Shown: piece by piece, positions 1-12,963 of the stretch
Position numbering within the stretch: the stretch's first letter is position 1
Layout of the letters: each line of letters begins with the position of its first letter
NCBI GenBank assembly: GCA_030141605.1
Contig: JAQGDQ010000883.1
Location: 1 to 64,000 of the forward strand
From: Tubiluchus corallicola
Taxonomy: Eukaryota; Animalia; Priapulida
Length of the DNA stretch: 64,000 bases
Reading direction: 5' to 3'
Notes under the pieces: generated by a model
Seen by the model: the letters and a program-made list of their open reading frames with translations, nothing else
The model's database searches: none
What the model was told of the DNA's origin: nothing
Position numbers and translations under genes: made by a program

Positions 1-310
1 ATTTAATTTGTTAAAATCTGATCTGATCTCGTCTCGTCTCGTCTCGTCTCGTCTCGTCTCGTCTAGTCTAATCTAATCTAATCTAATCTAATCCAATCCA
101 ATCCAATCCAATCCAATCCAATCCAATCCAATCTATTTTGTGTCTAGTCTAGTCTAGTCTAGTCTAGTCTAGTCTAGTCTAATCTAATCTAATCTAATCC
201 ATGCAATCCAATCCATCCCATTCCAGTCCAGTCCAACCCAAACCAATCCATTCTATTCCAGCCAAATCCAAACCAAACCAGACCAGACCAATCCAATCTA
301 ATGGGATCTA
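1..310. repeat. Compound pentanucleotide microsatellite (GTCTC, TCTAA, TCCAA, TCTAG)
   Basis: Successive 5-mer runs read directly. Confidence 0.9.
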
Positions 311-1992
311 ATTAGTTGTCAAATAGGTACGTCAGTTCATTGTGCTAAAATTGAAATCCTTCAAAGAACAATTATGGAATATCATGTAAATTTTGATTAT
401 CTCGTCTAACAAACTATTACTGATTTAGTAAGCCATTCCCAACTCCGAAACAGTTGCTCGGTAAAAGGGGTCATTGTTCACGTCTACTGATGCCCAATTT
501 CAGTTAGATTAACAATGAAGTATTATGAGACGTTGATGGATTATTCCTACGTTACCCTAAAGCGCTGAACGAGATATCAATTTGAGTTGCACTTACGTTA
601 ATGCTTTATTAATGTTCAGGTTTCAATTATCCACACTATAATGCAATTCCACATTACGTTTTTCATTTTTCAAGTACTTTACATCACCAGTCTAACGTTA
701 CAATTGTCACCAACAAAAATTACATATTTCCACACTTAGTCTACATTTTCATTTCTTCTCTGTTTCAAGTCCCTATCAGCATTTAAAACAAAATTAAAAT
801 CACTAATATTAACCAGACATGAAATACCATCATACCAGTACGACAACATACACACTAATTCAGAATTCATATATCCACGGCCATATTAATTAAATCATAG
901 TTTTTTCATTCTTTTGTGCATAGTTGTAAATATGTTTGATTTTATTCGTCGTTACTTTCCATTACTGCACAGTAGTTTAGATTGCACTGACGCATTTGCC
1001 TTTAGCAGTGAAAGTTTTTATTAACTAACACTGAGTGATCATCTCTGTAAAGTTTTTATCATGTATTTTAATGGGAAATAAATATTATTATATATATATA
1101 TATATACATAAATAATTATAATTCTACACTACTTTTTTTCATTTCTCCCGTGCTTTACGTCACCATTCTAAGGTTGCGCCGACATAAATGAAACAGATGT
1201 GATCCACCTCTTTTTTGTTTCTCTCATTTCTCATAGTACTTCTCGACTTGTTGTAACAAATGACAGTTTATGATAACAAGCCAGGCTATCGTCGGAATAC
1301 TAAGGTGATGGCGCGCGTGGGAGAAAATCATAATTACACTATATTATAATAACAACTATCACATTGCTACTTCAGTGCACATCGCCTACTGTACATTACA
1401 ACGTGGGTAACAACAGTGACAGACACAACGATTCTTGCCTAAAAGGCAAAAAAAATCATGATTCACCTGCTTTTCATTTGAGATGGGAGAATAGCTACTG
1501 GATAAGATCAGAAAAACAAACAACCAATACAAACAAATCACACACAAACTTAGATAAACATGAAAATTACAATAATAGTCTCCACCATTGCTGTCTTATG
1601 TGCGATGTAAATTTAGCATCTGACACATTAAATTATAACTAGTATCAAATCTTTTCATTAAACTTAAGACAGATTTTCTACGTAATACCTCAGAATACAT
1701 CACGCGAATTTCAACACTCATCTCACGAGCACTGTAATCATATGCATATCCAAAAAATAATCTTTTTGACACATTGTGCGCAATTTTGAGTTTTAAGATA
1801 TTACAATTATTAAAATGTCTCCAGTTAGACATGCAACAGAATGTATTACAGTAAGCATTAAATAGATATCTTTTAATATCAACAGAACAATAGCTGAATT
1901 TTCTAATAAGATTTGTACGACATTAGTATAAGGATCTTTGATTAACAATGTCAAGGTCATCTCGGTTATCATTTTAAATCATACGTCCCAAA

Positions 1993-2002
1993 GAGAGAGA
2001 GA

Positions 2003-2059
<57 letters not shown>

Positions 2060-2094
2060 TGAGTGAAAGTTAGAGTGAGAGTGGGAGAGAAAGG

Positions 2095-2190
<96 letters not shown>

Positions 2191-2194
2191 AGTA

Positions 2195-2283
<89 letters not shown>

Positions 2284-2284
2284 C

Positions 2285-2331
<47 letters not shown>

Positions 2332-2510
2332 GCGAGAGAGAGCGTGAGTGAGAGTCAGAGTGACAGTGGGAGAAAGGAGAGAGAGCGTGTGTGTGAGAGT
2401 GAGAGAGAGAGAGAGAGAGAGAAAGAAAAAGGCAGAGAGACAGACAGAGACAGAGCGAGAGAGAGCGCGAGTGAGAGTCAGAGTGACAGTGGGAGAAAAG
2501 AGAGAGGGAG
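1993..2510. repeat. Compound (GA)n/(GATA)n/(GACA)n microsatellite in GPCR 3' flank
   Basis: Directly visible. Confidence 0.95.
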
Positions 2511-2560
2511 AGCTATGAATAACAAATCTTCGTATTAGATCAATTGTTTTGTGTTGTGCT

Positions 2561-3061
2561 CTACTGCATCATATTTTTTGAAACAGAAAACACAGAAGGG
2601 CGAGACTGTTGCGCTGTAGGAGGAAATCTGGAGCTCCGTGTGCTTCTATCCGAAAATCTAGACGGTGCAATTTGCACGTTGGGCACCCAATAGAGGGCGT
2701 AAATCTTGACCAAAAAGAGGCAAAACAGGATAGTGAATGAGTTAACGACAATTGCGAGAATCAAGAGTAAGATCCTATGCTTGGTGTGAGTGTTGATGAA
2801 ATAGGTGGGCAGGAAAGCAACCCACATGATGGCTGTGGTGTAGGCGCAGAATCCAATAAAGCGTGACTCGTTGAAGTTGTCAGGTAATTTGCGCGTGCGC
2901 ACTGCGTAGTAGCTGCAGACCAGTATGAGGAACACATTGTAGGCCGCAGACTTGATGAACTCTGCCAGTGAAATCTTGCAATGCAGTTCCACGTGGGTTC
3001 CTTCTTGAATCAGCTTCGGCATTGGTGGATAGAACCATATCATAACCAAACTGGATATGAT
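2561..3061 (-). CDS. Class C GPCR exon 2 (second half of TM4, ECL2, TM5-7, C-tail)
   Basis: Acceptor ttttttttAG|ATC in phase 0 with exon 1. Motifs YNVFLILVCSYYAVRTRKLPDNFNESRFIGF and WVAFLPTYF are typical of the 7tm_3 domain. Ends at TAG. Confidence 0.93.
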   Translation of the reverse strand: MISSLVMIWFYPPMPKLIQEGTHVELHCKISLAEFIKSAAYNVFLILVCSYYAVRTRKLPDNFNESRFIGFCAYTTAIMWVAFLPTYFINTHTKHRILLLILAIVVNSFTILFCLFLVKIYALYWVPNVQIAPSRFSDRSTRSSRFPPTAQQSRPSVFSVSKNMMQ

Positions 3062-3269
3062 CTAAAAAAAAGAAACGCATTAAGTAGTCTTGACATACGC
3101 TAGAGCTCTCCTGAGACTTGTCATCAATAACAGAGAAAAAACCGTAGTGCCCTTTATAGTCGTAAAGATTATAATATTTATTCAAGAGCTTTTTCCCTAG
3201 CGGGCATCATCAGCTGAAAATACCCTAGCGGAGCTCATCAGAAAAATGTTAAAACAGGCTACAGTTCTC

Positions 3270-3735
3270 AGAAAATAGTCTTCATGCATAAAGCTTAAAA
3301 AATTCGTCTTCAAATTTTACATCACTTTCATGACGTCTCATTGCACACAAGCTTGCGTTAGCAACAATGTTAAATATAAAGACCAGGCGCAGCCATTTTG
3401 ACGGAAAGTTGTCTAGATCTAATTTAGATAACATCGTGTAAAATTTGAAAAGTTAATCAGAGCATACTCTTCGCTAATTAAGCCAAAGTATAATTTTACG
3501 TTGTATTGTCAATAAGGCCAATAATGTGTTTTTTTCTTGGTGAGTCAGTGGTGCACACTGGGATGGTGATGCAAGTACTGTTTTACCAGGTGGCGTGAAT
3601 ATTTGAACTTAGTAAGAATTTGCTTTTCTAATTATATATATATTTCAAACAGGTTAACGTAATGTTAAGTAATATAACTTTGTATGGAAAGTTCCTTGAG
3701 ATTTGCTGTAAAAGTCCGTTTTCAGCCTCTTTAAT
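3270..3735. mobile_element. Dispersed non-autonomous element, probably Kolobok/T2-type; related pieces at ~32860-33420, 33470-33720, 39050-39370, 52550-52730, 54460-54840, 55120-55346, 61565-62010
   Basis: Shared core GTGCACCACTGATTCACCAAAAACACAT in both orientations; termini such as TTAAAGGGGAAGAAAG (61566) and TTCTTCCCGTTTAA (55346). Confidence 0.65.
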
Positions 3736-4779
3736 TAAGCTTCTTGGGGAAAAAAATTGAAAAAGGCTTTCAGTAACTGCAGTGTTTGCATTGTAACAAT
3801 GTACAGTATCACTTGTGGGAAATAATATTGGGACGAGATGACACTGAATCGAGATGAATTATGGGATGTATTGTGTGAAGCATAATGATGACTGCACGGC
3901 TAGGCTAAGAATTCATATAACTGTTTTAATGAAACCATGAATATAACACCAGAAGTGACATATTAAACCATATATTGGATACATTACTAGCAAAAACCCC
4001 ACAAAAGCCCAATTAGACTGTTCTATTCATAACTGATTTATTAGATAAGGTGTGACGATGTAAGCTTTTGTACACTTCACATAAGGTGAGAATAAAATAG
4101 TTCGGCGGCGCATTACTGTGTTTTAGACAGACCCCAAATTTGTCTAAAGGCGACGTACAAAGGCGAAATGTACTACTAAACGAACTGGGAAATGAGAATT
4201 TAAATCTTGTATATTGGACCAAAAATGAAAATTTAATATTTACTAACCTACTTTGTAAAGGACCCTTTTATTTTAAGATCCTGCTGTTAATTTTTAGTAA
4301 AATAGTGATTAAATTTGTGTAGTTCTTGAGATTACTGATTGTAACTCTTGTGGATTTAAACATTGAATTGGAATTTAATAATTTGGTATATCAATTTATC
4401 TGCATGTTTATGTTACTTCACAGGAAACTTGCTGCATCAATAACCTTGATTTTAGCACGCACTTCAATACTTCTTGTTTAATATCACTGTAAGAAATGTT
4501 ATACGTACAAATTAGAAAAGCTAATTACAGAATCCGTAAATGTAATATTGTAGAATTCACTCTGTATAGTGTTTATGTAAAATTGTATGATGTTAGTACA
4601 GATATTTTTGCCTGCAAAAGGAGGCTAATAAAGACTTATTATCATCATCATCATCATCTCCATAATTACCGATCCACAGCGTGAATCTTGTTCAATGAAT
4701 TATTGCGTTATTATCTTTATTTTTTTGCTGAATGAATCTTACTTTGTGGAAGCAGTGTGACGGCGTCAGTACGCAGACT

Positions 4780-5368
4780 TTAAAGGAACACAGGACGATT
4801 TTTCACATCACATTTTGAAATACAGTCAAATGTATACAATTTAAATTCCATAATAATGCCAAAGCGTTTCCGATAATTACAAAGATAGATTAAAAACTAC
4901 GAATGGCGGACGAGACCAACTTGGTGATGGCATCACAACTGAACATAATTTTCCACAGCACAAACATTTGTTGCACATGTTTGTGAAAGCGGAAATTGAA
5001 GTACACTGCTGCTATACAACGTTCAAGGTGATATACAAAAACTCCGCAAATAAAAAATTTTAAATTCAAATTTCAAATTTAGCACTATGCTCATGGATGA
5101 ATTCTCGCACGTGTGTATTACATCACAACCGAACACCTCTGAGCTGAAGTGAGAGGTACAGCACCTGTTTTTTGTACAATGCATTTCCGAGATGCAGGTG
5201 ATGTGCCCGTCTAAAGACGAAATGTTTGTAACAACGAAGAACTAGTGGCGCGAACGGGAAATTATGTTCGTGTGGTAATAATTCTTTTACATAAGTCATT
5301 ATTGGAAGAACAATGTGTTCTCTTTCAATATTTTGAAGAGTAGATTGTCTTGATCTGTTTCCCTTTAA
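4780..5368. mobile_element. Kolobok/T2-type MITE candidate in the GPCR intron
   Basis: TTAA|AGGAACACAG ... CTGTTTCCCT|TTAA: imperfect TIR with TTAA target site. Confidence 0.55.
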
Positions 5369-5989
5369 TCTATAATATACGAAGTCAATAAAATTTAATA
5401 ATAATAAAGGGAATTTCAAGTGATAGACTTCACCTGTGTTCATTTGTCATGAGGCAGGATTTCTGATCACCCGGATGTTGTCATTCTGCAACAGCCTTGA
5501 ATTGAAACGCGGTCACAAATGAATTATTATTGTTTATCACCGTGCAATAACCATTAGTATCTGACATCCGATTCGACCATCAGTCATTACGCTAAAAGCC
5601 CAAGTCGAAATGGGATTATAATTTTATCCAAATGGTCACGGCTATTTCCTCTGACGGCGGGAGTTAAGGAGCTTTTCTTACTCCGCATCAGATGTAATTG
5701 GGTCTCTTGAATTTGCTTGTCTTGTTAAAGAGGTATGCGTTAATATGAGTGCGCATAATTGTATGTATATGTATGCGCACTAACAGTACTAATTACCTGA
5801 AATCATGACTTTTGTTGGATTGTAGTTGCATTTGGATGCATGTAAGTTAAATTATGTTAGACTAAATTTATTTTGATTTGGATAATTATGACGTAGTTTC
5901 AGTAGCATCACACTACAGAAAACTAGTTTCATTTGTTCTTCACCTATCAGCTTCTAGCAAAATTCGTTGTAGAATTTCCTTGATGTTCA

Positions 5990-6500
5990 ATGACAGACAG
6001 ATAGACAGACAAACAGACAGATAGATAGACACATAGACAAATAGGTTTGTAGGCAGGTAAATAGACAGCAGGGAGGCAGGTAGGAAGGTTGGTAGGCAGG
6101 CAGGCAGGTAGGTATGTATTGGTAGGTAGGTAGGTGGGTAGGTAGGTGGGTAGGTAGGTAGGTAGGTAGGTAGGTAGGTAGGTAGGTAGGTAGGTAGGTA
6201 GGTAGGTAGGTAGGTAGGAAGATAGGTAGGTAGGTAGTAGGTAGGTAGGCAGGTAGGAACGTAGGCAGGTAGGTAAGTAGGTAGGTAACTCGATACGTTG
6301 GTAGGTGGGTAGGTCGGTAGGTAGGTACGTAGGTAGGGAGGTAGGTAAGTAGATAGGTAGGTATAGGTAGGTAAGTAGTTAGTTGGTTGGTTGGTTGGTT
6401 AGTTAGTTGGTTAGTTATATAGTTAGTCAGTCAGTCAGGTGGGTTCGTAGGCAGATAGGTGGTAGGTAGGTAGGTAGGTAGGTAAGCAAGTAGGAAGTAG
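5990..6500. repeat. (GACA)/(GGTA)n/(GGTT)n microsatellite
   Basis: Directly visible. Confidence 0.9.
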
Positions 6501-6680
6501 GCAGCATAGATAGAAGGAGACAGATGTGGCTACAGAAAAGATAAAAAGAGGTATAGAAAGATAAACAGATTCAAAGCGTAAAAAAGATAAATGAGGGAAT
6601 GAACTAGAGAGATCAAAATAGAGACAAAGATAGAGAAAGAAAGAAAAACAGAGGAAGAATGAGAGGTTGAAAGAGTGGGT

Positions 6681-6684
<4 letters not shown>

Positions 6685-6746
<62 letters not shown>
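6685..6746. repeat. (GA)n next to the GPCR exon-1 donor
   Basis: Directly visible; explains the spurious SLSLSL tail of the 798-aa ORF. Confidence 0.95.
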
Positions 6747-6748
<2 letters not shown>

Positions 6749-6832
6749 AACAAAGGAAAAAGTGGTATGAAGGGAGGAAAGTGTGAAGATATTTCTAGTT
6801 GGCAAGATCTCTGAATTCAGAAATTTACTTAC

Positions 6833-8926
6833 CTGAATGGCGATTATAGTAACAGAAATGAGGATCTGTGAGCGAGGAGAAATAAACTTTGGTCGTTTTT
6901 TTGTCATTCTTCCATGCACGAAGATGCGATGGATGCGATTCATGCGAGTGAGGAGTGCGGCATACATGATCGTAAACCCGCCTGGAAACATGAAGTTTAC
7001 TAAGTAACAAGAGAGAACATTGGGCTTTGTGATGAGAACAAAAACTGTGACGAACTCCACGAAGATGCCAATGAGCATGAGGAAGCTCAGTTCTCGGCTG
7101 CAGGCTTTGATTAGTCTGGAATTGCGTTCCTTGATGAAAATGTATGCAATTATTGACGTCAGAAGGAGTCCACCTGCCGAAATGCACGTAAAGCCGATCG
7201 AGGTGGGACTGTCCCAAGCCAGATGGCTTTCTGGAAGGCGATAGCATGTCGTAAAGGTAACAGGGTCTGGCCATGTAAACTGTGGACATGGAATACAATC
7301 ACTGCCATTGTTTACCAAGTAATGATTTTTCGGACAAGGAAGGCATTTCCAACAACAGGCTTGTTCCAGCTGCACCTTGTAGTGATGCTCTGGACATGGA
7401 TGGCTGCAGATGGATTCCGGAGGAACTCGTTTTTCAGATAACCATGGTATGAGATCTTCGTTGATGGTACACACACCGTTGTCCCAAGAGCCGATGTCAG
7501 AAATCTTGTATACACCACCATCTTTGTGGAAAATAGACACGCGGTATCGAGGCCGTATTGAGCCATTCTCATCAAACTGTACAACATGACCTTCCCCAGC
7601 ATTGAATGAAACATTGTAAATGTACTTAAGAAGGTCTGCTCCATTTATGCACCTGCCAACATTTCTTGCTGTGACATTTGGACAATTCTCTTTGATCATG
7701 GCTTCCAATGCATAAGCAACTATTCTAACAGAGATGATGGTATTGTACACAGTGTCATGTGGTTTTAGTTGCTCTCCAAGAGGTTTGGTAAGGGATGAAG
7801 AACAGCTGCCTTTTGCAAAGCTACAGTTGTGTGCAAACTCCCAATACTCGCGAAACCACTTGTGTCCTCCAAATTTAGCCAGAGTTTTTGATTTCCACCA
7901 ATTGTTGAAATCTGGCAAAGACCGAAGCCAGGTTTTTGTCATTACTGTACCTTCAGCCACTTCCTCAACTCCTTCGAATGTTTCTGCTGTTGATGCATGA
8001 ATCCAGATGTAATGATCTGTCAACTTCTGTCTTTTCAGAACCTTCATGACGCCTTCAAATTGATAAAAGAACAAAAACGTAAGCACTACCCTCGCATCAC
8101 TGACCTCTTTCATTTCCTCAACAATTTCTTCATATCCTTCTACGGTTTCTGTTTGTTTGACAACACGAATTAGTCCAAAGCAAATGCCCATATCGGTAGC
8201 AACTTCACGAATGGATTTTGCAGCAGTTTCTCCATAACTACCTTCAACATAGAGAACTGATATATAAGTCCAGTTGTATCTAGAAATGATGTCAAGCATC
8301 GCCTTCACCTGCATTCTGTCTGAAGGGGCTGCACTTAAAAAATATGGATACTTTAGGCGATCTCCCAAAGTGTCACTGCTGGCGAATGGGCTGATATGTG
8401 GTAGGTGATAAAGTCCAAATATATGTGACACCATGATAGATATGTGACTGTAGGCTGGACCTATGACGGCTGCCACATCACATTCTTTACAGAACAATGA
8501 TGGTTGGTCTGTTGTTGCAGAACTTTCTCGTCTAGATGCATTTTGTCTGATGATATCTGGTGATTCCGATTTTGCTCGTACAAAATTCATCGCTTTTGCC
8601 AGCGCCGTTTTGTCTGTAGCACAACTGTCAAATATCGTGTAGCCCAGTTTGATGTTAGGAAGAATGTCAGGGTCCTCGTTTATCTGTTCTATACCGTAGA
8701 CAATACCGTAAGCCAAGGTAGCAAGGTAAGTGTAGCTTGGTGTGTCACTGCATAATTCTGACTTGTGAGCAATATGCACAGGCGCTATACCGCCAATGAT
8801 AATATCCCCGTTTTGAGAAATGTATGTTCTGTTTAATTCATCGAAGACTACTGTTGTTGCTGAACAAACTGAAAATAAAGCTAAAACGACGTGAAAAGTT
8901 ACTCCGTCTGCTCGTTTAATAAACAT
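6833..8926 (-). CDS. Class C GPCR (metabotropic glutamate receptor-like) exon 1: signal peptide, Venus flytrap, nine-Cys domain, TM1-TM4 start
   Basis: GDIIIGGI, INEDPDILPNIKLG, YPYF, WTYIS, CSHPC..CCWKCLPC, IKACSRELS, RIHRIF, PKFISPRSQ. Donor CAG|GTAAGT at 6833/6832. 698 codons; spliced protein 864 aa. Confidence 0.93.
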
Positions 8927-9221
8927 CGTTGTTTGTTCTTTTGCAATTCGTCCGCGACTAGGGCTACGATTCTTATGAATCCTATTGTTATGGCTAAAAG
9001 GTGAGGATTACGTATATTATTATATCATACTGCGCATGCTTAAAGTAGTCTAGGCTTTCGGCGTGTGGGCCTATCATTTTAGTCTGCAACATAAGATAAC
9101 AGCAATAAGGTTTTAGCCAAACACAAAGAGCCATTATAATTCTTTTATATACATGTATACGTCCCTTGCATTTCAGAATGCTTTTTCGTGTCCACCTCTT
9201 CACTGAATTCAACGAAAAACT

Positions 9222-9239
9222 GTAATAACAATAATAATA

Positions 9240-9289
<50 letters not shown>

Positions 9290-9652
9290 CATAATGATAA
9301 TGATAGTAATAATGATAATGATAATGATAATGGTAATGGTAATGGTAATGGTAGTGGTAATGGTAATGGTAGTGGTAGTGGTAGTGGTAGTCATAGTCAT
9401 AGTCATAGTCATAGTCATAGTCATAGTCATAGTGGTAGTGGTAGTGGTAGTGGTAGTGGTAATGGTAATGGCAATGGCAATGGCAATGGCAATGGCAATG
9501 GCAATGACAATGGCAATGGCAATGGCATTGATAATGATAATGATAATGATAATGATAATGATAATGATAATGATAATGATAATGATAATGATAATGATAA
9601 TGATAATGATAATGATAATGATAATGATAATGATAATGATAATGATAATGAT
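9222..9652. repeat. (AAT)n / hexamer compound microsatellite (expanded SINE tail)
   Basis: AAT, AATGAT, AATGGT, AGTGGT, AGTCAT and AATGGC blocks abut the SINE 3' end. Confidence 0.9.
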
Positions 9653-9880
9653 CTTTATTTAAAATCGGCTTTTCGGATTAGCAATTAACATTAGCTTTTC
9701 GGCCGACTGTAAATAGCAAACTATAACAGGGACTATTATACCCCACTTTTACCCTAAATATCACACGTCAGACAGGCCAACAGCGGGTACCATTTTGAAG
9801 GTCTCTAGTATAACACGGCCGCTGCATCGAACTCACGACTTCCCAGACGGAAAGCGGACGCACTAGACTAAACCGTCTGG
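9653..9880 (-). mobile_element. tRNA-derived SINE (core resembles the Meta-type SINE domain)
   Basis: Minus strand: A-box-like TTTAGTCTAGTG, B-box GAGTTCGAT, then GGCCGTGTTATACTAGAGACCTTCAAAATGGTACC. Homologous copies at 15593 and 16840. Confidence 0.7.
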
Positions 9881-12669
9881 AATTGTCTAAGAGAAAACAC
9901 TTCACGACTGTTCATGCAGAACACACTTGTGGCCATTGTACCAGGTGTGGACAGGCTGAAGAAAAACGGTGATTAATAAAAAAAAGTTTGATTTTGTTTT
10001 GTTCGTTATAAAGTTTTTACATAGTTCCTCTTTTTCGATTTATATTAGGTGGGAGATCAGACATTCGGTGAAAACAACGTTTCAGACATTGTCAATCAAC
10101 AGCAAAGAATTAACATTACTCTGCAAAGAAAAATCGTTATTATTGCTATAAAGGAAAGATATCATTAGTTTCAGTTCATACAACATTTCGAACAGCAAAT
10201 AGCTAACCTGGACACGCCTTTATAGACTGGCAAAGACAAACAAGATTACAATGCATTTATACGAAAATACTGTAAAAACGAATCAGTTAAAGTAATTTAA
10301 GCAGAATAAACAAGCCAAAATGATCCTACATGGGTGTTCCTACTACAATATGAAGCGAGCGACGCGAAATGAAAGCAAAATATATAGAAATTTAACAATT
10401 GCAATAATGGAAGGGGAGTGGCAGCTGATTCTTAGCACACCATAAGATTCGAGGCTACAGCTCCGACGACGGCACCATTAGCGGCGGTCTATATGTCAAA
10501 CGAAAGGTCTCAATCTAGTGTCATGCCATTGGGGGTTTATTTTTCGAATCGGGTCCACCGCGAGGACCGGGGGGCAAAAAACCTCCCAAAATGGTTATTT
10601 TTCGCCCGTTTTTTGCAAAACTTATATACGTCTGAGATCTGAAGAACGGGAACGGGCCATGGGTGGTGCTGGCTATGGATAGATAGCCCGTTCAGCGGTG
10701 GGTGTAGTAGGCATATTTAGAATTCCCGAGAGGGCCAGGGCGCCCCGCAACGGGCGTTTTCCCGGACCCAACTCGCGATTTTTTCGAAATTTTGACCAAA
10801 CAGCATGCGGGAAAAACGTTCTAGCGTCGCCCGGTGGGACTCTAGGAATCAGATATGGGGCTCTTTACAAAGAGGAAGGACAGGGCTACACGATGATGTG
10901 GGTTATATTTTAGGGCAGGTCCACCGAGAGGAGTATCGACGAGTTAATTAGGTGTTTTATTTTCGGCGATTTTCGCTTAGAAAACTGTGAAAATTCTCGC
11001 TTAGAAAACTGCGACGCATTCCATTGTGCTGACGTCATCCATTGTGCTCTGTCTATAAGTTTAATTCAGCAAAAAGCTGCTTTGCAACATACAGTAGGCA
11101 GGAGTAAACGCTGCTGGCTTTGCGTTAGGTACTTAGGCAGGATGTTACGGGCTTTGTGCTATAAATGAGGACTTGGTAGGACGTTTGCGTATTATTGATT
11201 ACACGTGTATTTATACGCAAAATCTTTTGCGGGGCCTTTGCTAGTTCGAACATTAATCCCCGAATACAATGAATCCGCCTGACGCCTGAGTGAACCACGT
11301 GCGCGCAGGTTTATAGTAGTAAATCGGCTCGTTTTTCTAGCTTAAAATTAATTAAAATTTAATTGGGAGATGCTAGATATCTTTTAACGTATTTCTTTTG
11401 TAGAACAACATTAATGGGTGTTTTTTTTGTGAAAATGATATTCATTTTAGTGTTCTTATTTAAATATGGATCAATTTTAGTGTTCTTATTTAAATATGGA
11501 TCAAAACTGTTAGAGGAACTTATTTTCTTGAGGCGTAAGAACTTAAAGGACCGGAGGAGCACACTATGGCGAGAAACTTGCTAGTAGACGACATCTTAAC
11601 TTTAACGAAAGTCGATTATCATCCGTTTTATTTACGAAGATTATAATGTTAATATTACATGACAACAAAAATTTGATATTATGGATATTTACACAAAGTG
11701 TTATTAAATCTTTCTGAGACTAACAAAATAATTAGCGTAACACTCAGCATGTTCTTTAATCACCGTTTCTGTGAAGTGTTTCTGCTGATTTTCCTCTTCT
11801 TTTAGGACTCAGGCGATGATAGAAAATCTCAGGAATTTCCGTACATGTTGGCTCGTTTACAGTCAACTGGAGGTCCAACAGGAGTTAGCCCCTGCCGTGG
11901 TAGGTGATGCATGCTTTCAATGTAGCCGCCTTTTACAGTTTGCGATGTGTAAAGATATGGCATTCGTGCATATTCTGTCGTTGTAGAATTTCCTTGATGT
12001 TCTTTGACAGACAGGCAGGCAGACAGAGAGGCAGGCAGGCAGGCAGACAGACAAACAGACAGACAGTTGCAATTAAATGCCCCTACCAGGTTTTTACTAT
12101 TGCCGGCACACGTAATAAGTTAACATTTGTAATCTGTCTGTAAAGCACGTGAGAAATGAAGAAAGTTGTGTAAAATTATATTATTTGTGTTGATGACAGT
12201 TGTAACATTAGAATAATGACATAAAACAAGACAGAAATGAAAGCAGTAGTGTGTAATTACATTTATTTATGCTCATTACAGCAGCATGGTGACATAAAGC
12301 GTGGGAGAAATGAAAAGAGTGGTGTAGAATTATGCGTTGGTGACAGTTGCAACTTTTATCATTCTCTTTGCTTAATGTCACCATTCATTCTAAACTTGCA
12401 ACTTCATCAACATAAAATAAAAATTATAATTCCTCATTGCACTCTTTTCATTTTCCCATGCCTTATGTCACTATACTAAGGCTACAAGTGTCGCCAACAT
12501 AAATGATATAATTCTACGCTATTTTTTTCAGTCCTCCAATGTTTTATGTCACCATATTGAGGTTGCATCAACACAAACGATAGGACTCAACTCTTTTTCG
12601 ATTCTCTCTTTTTACTGTGGCACTGCTTTTCTGTTTGTTGTAACAAATGACAAGAAGACTTAAGAAGGG

Positions 12670-12899
<230 letters not shown>

Positions 12900-12963
12900 A
12901 CTTTGTTCAGGCATAAAATTCTAACGTCTTTCTAACTACAAATAACAGATGTGCAATATTAGA

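Noticed and set aside
3195-3241. Tandem CTGATGA plus small hairpins on the minus strand (hammerhead-like)
   Set aside because: No CGAAA and no stems I/III; more likely transposon subterminal direct repeats
6530-6832. C-terminal 100 aa of the 798-aa ORF
   Set aside because: Read-through into the intron and (GA)n tract past the CAG|GTAAGT donor
9188-9688. Asn/Asp/Gly-rich and Met/Ile-rich ORFs
   Set aside because: Translations of a microsatellite
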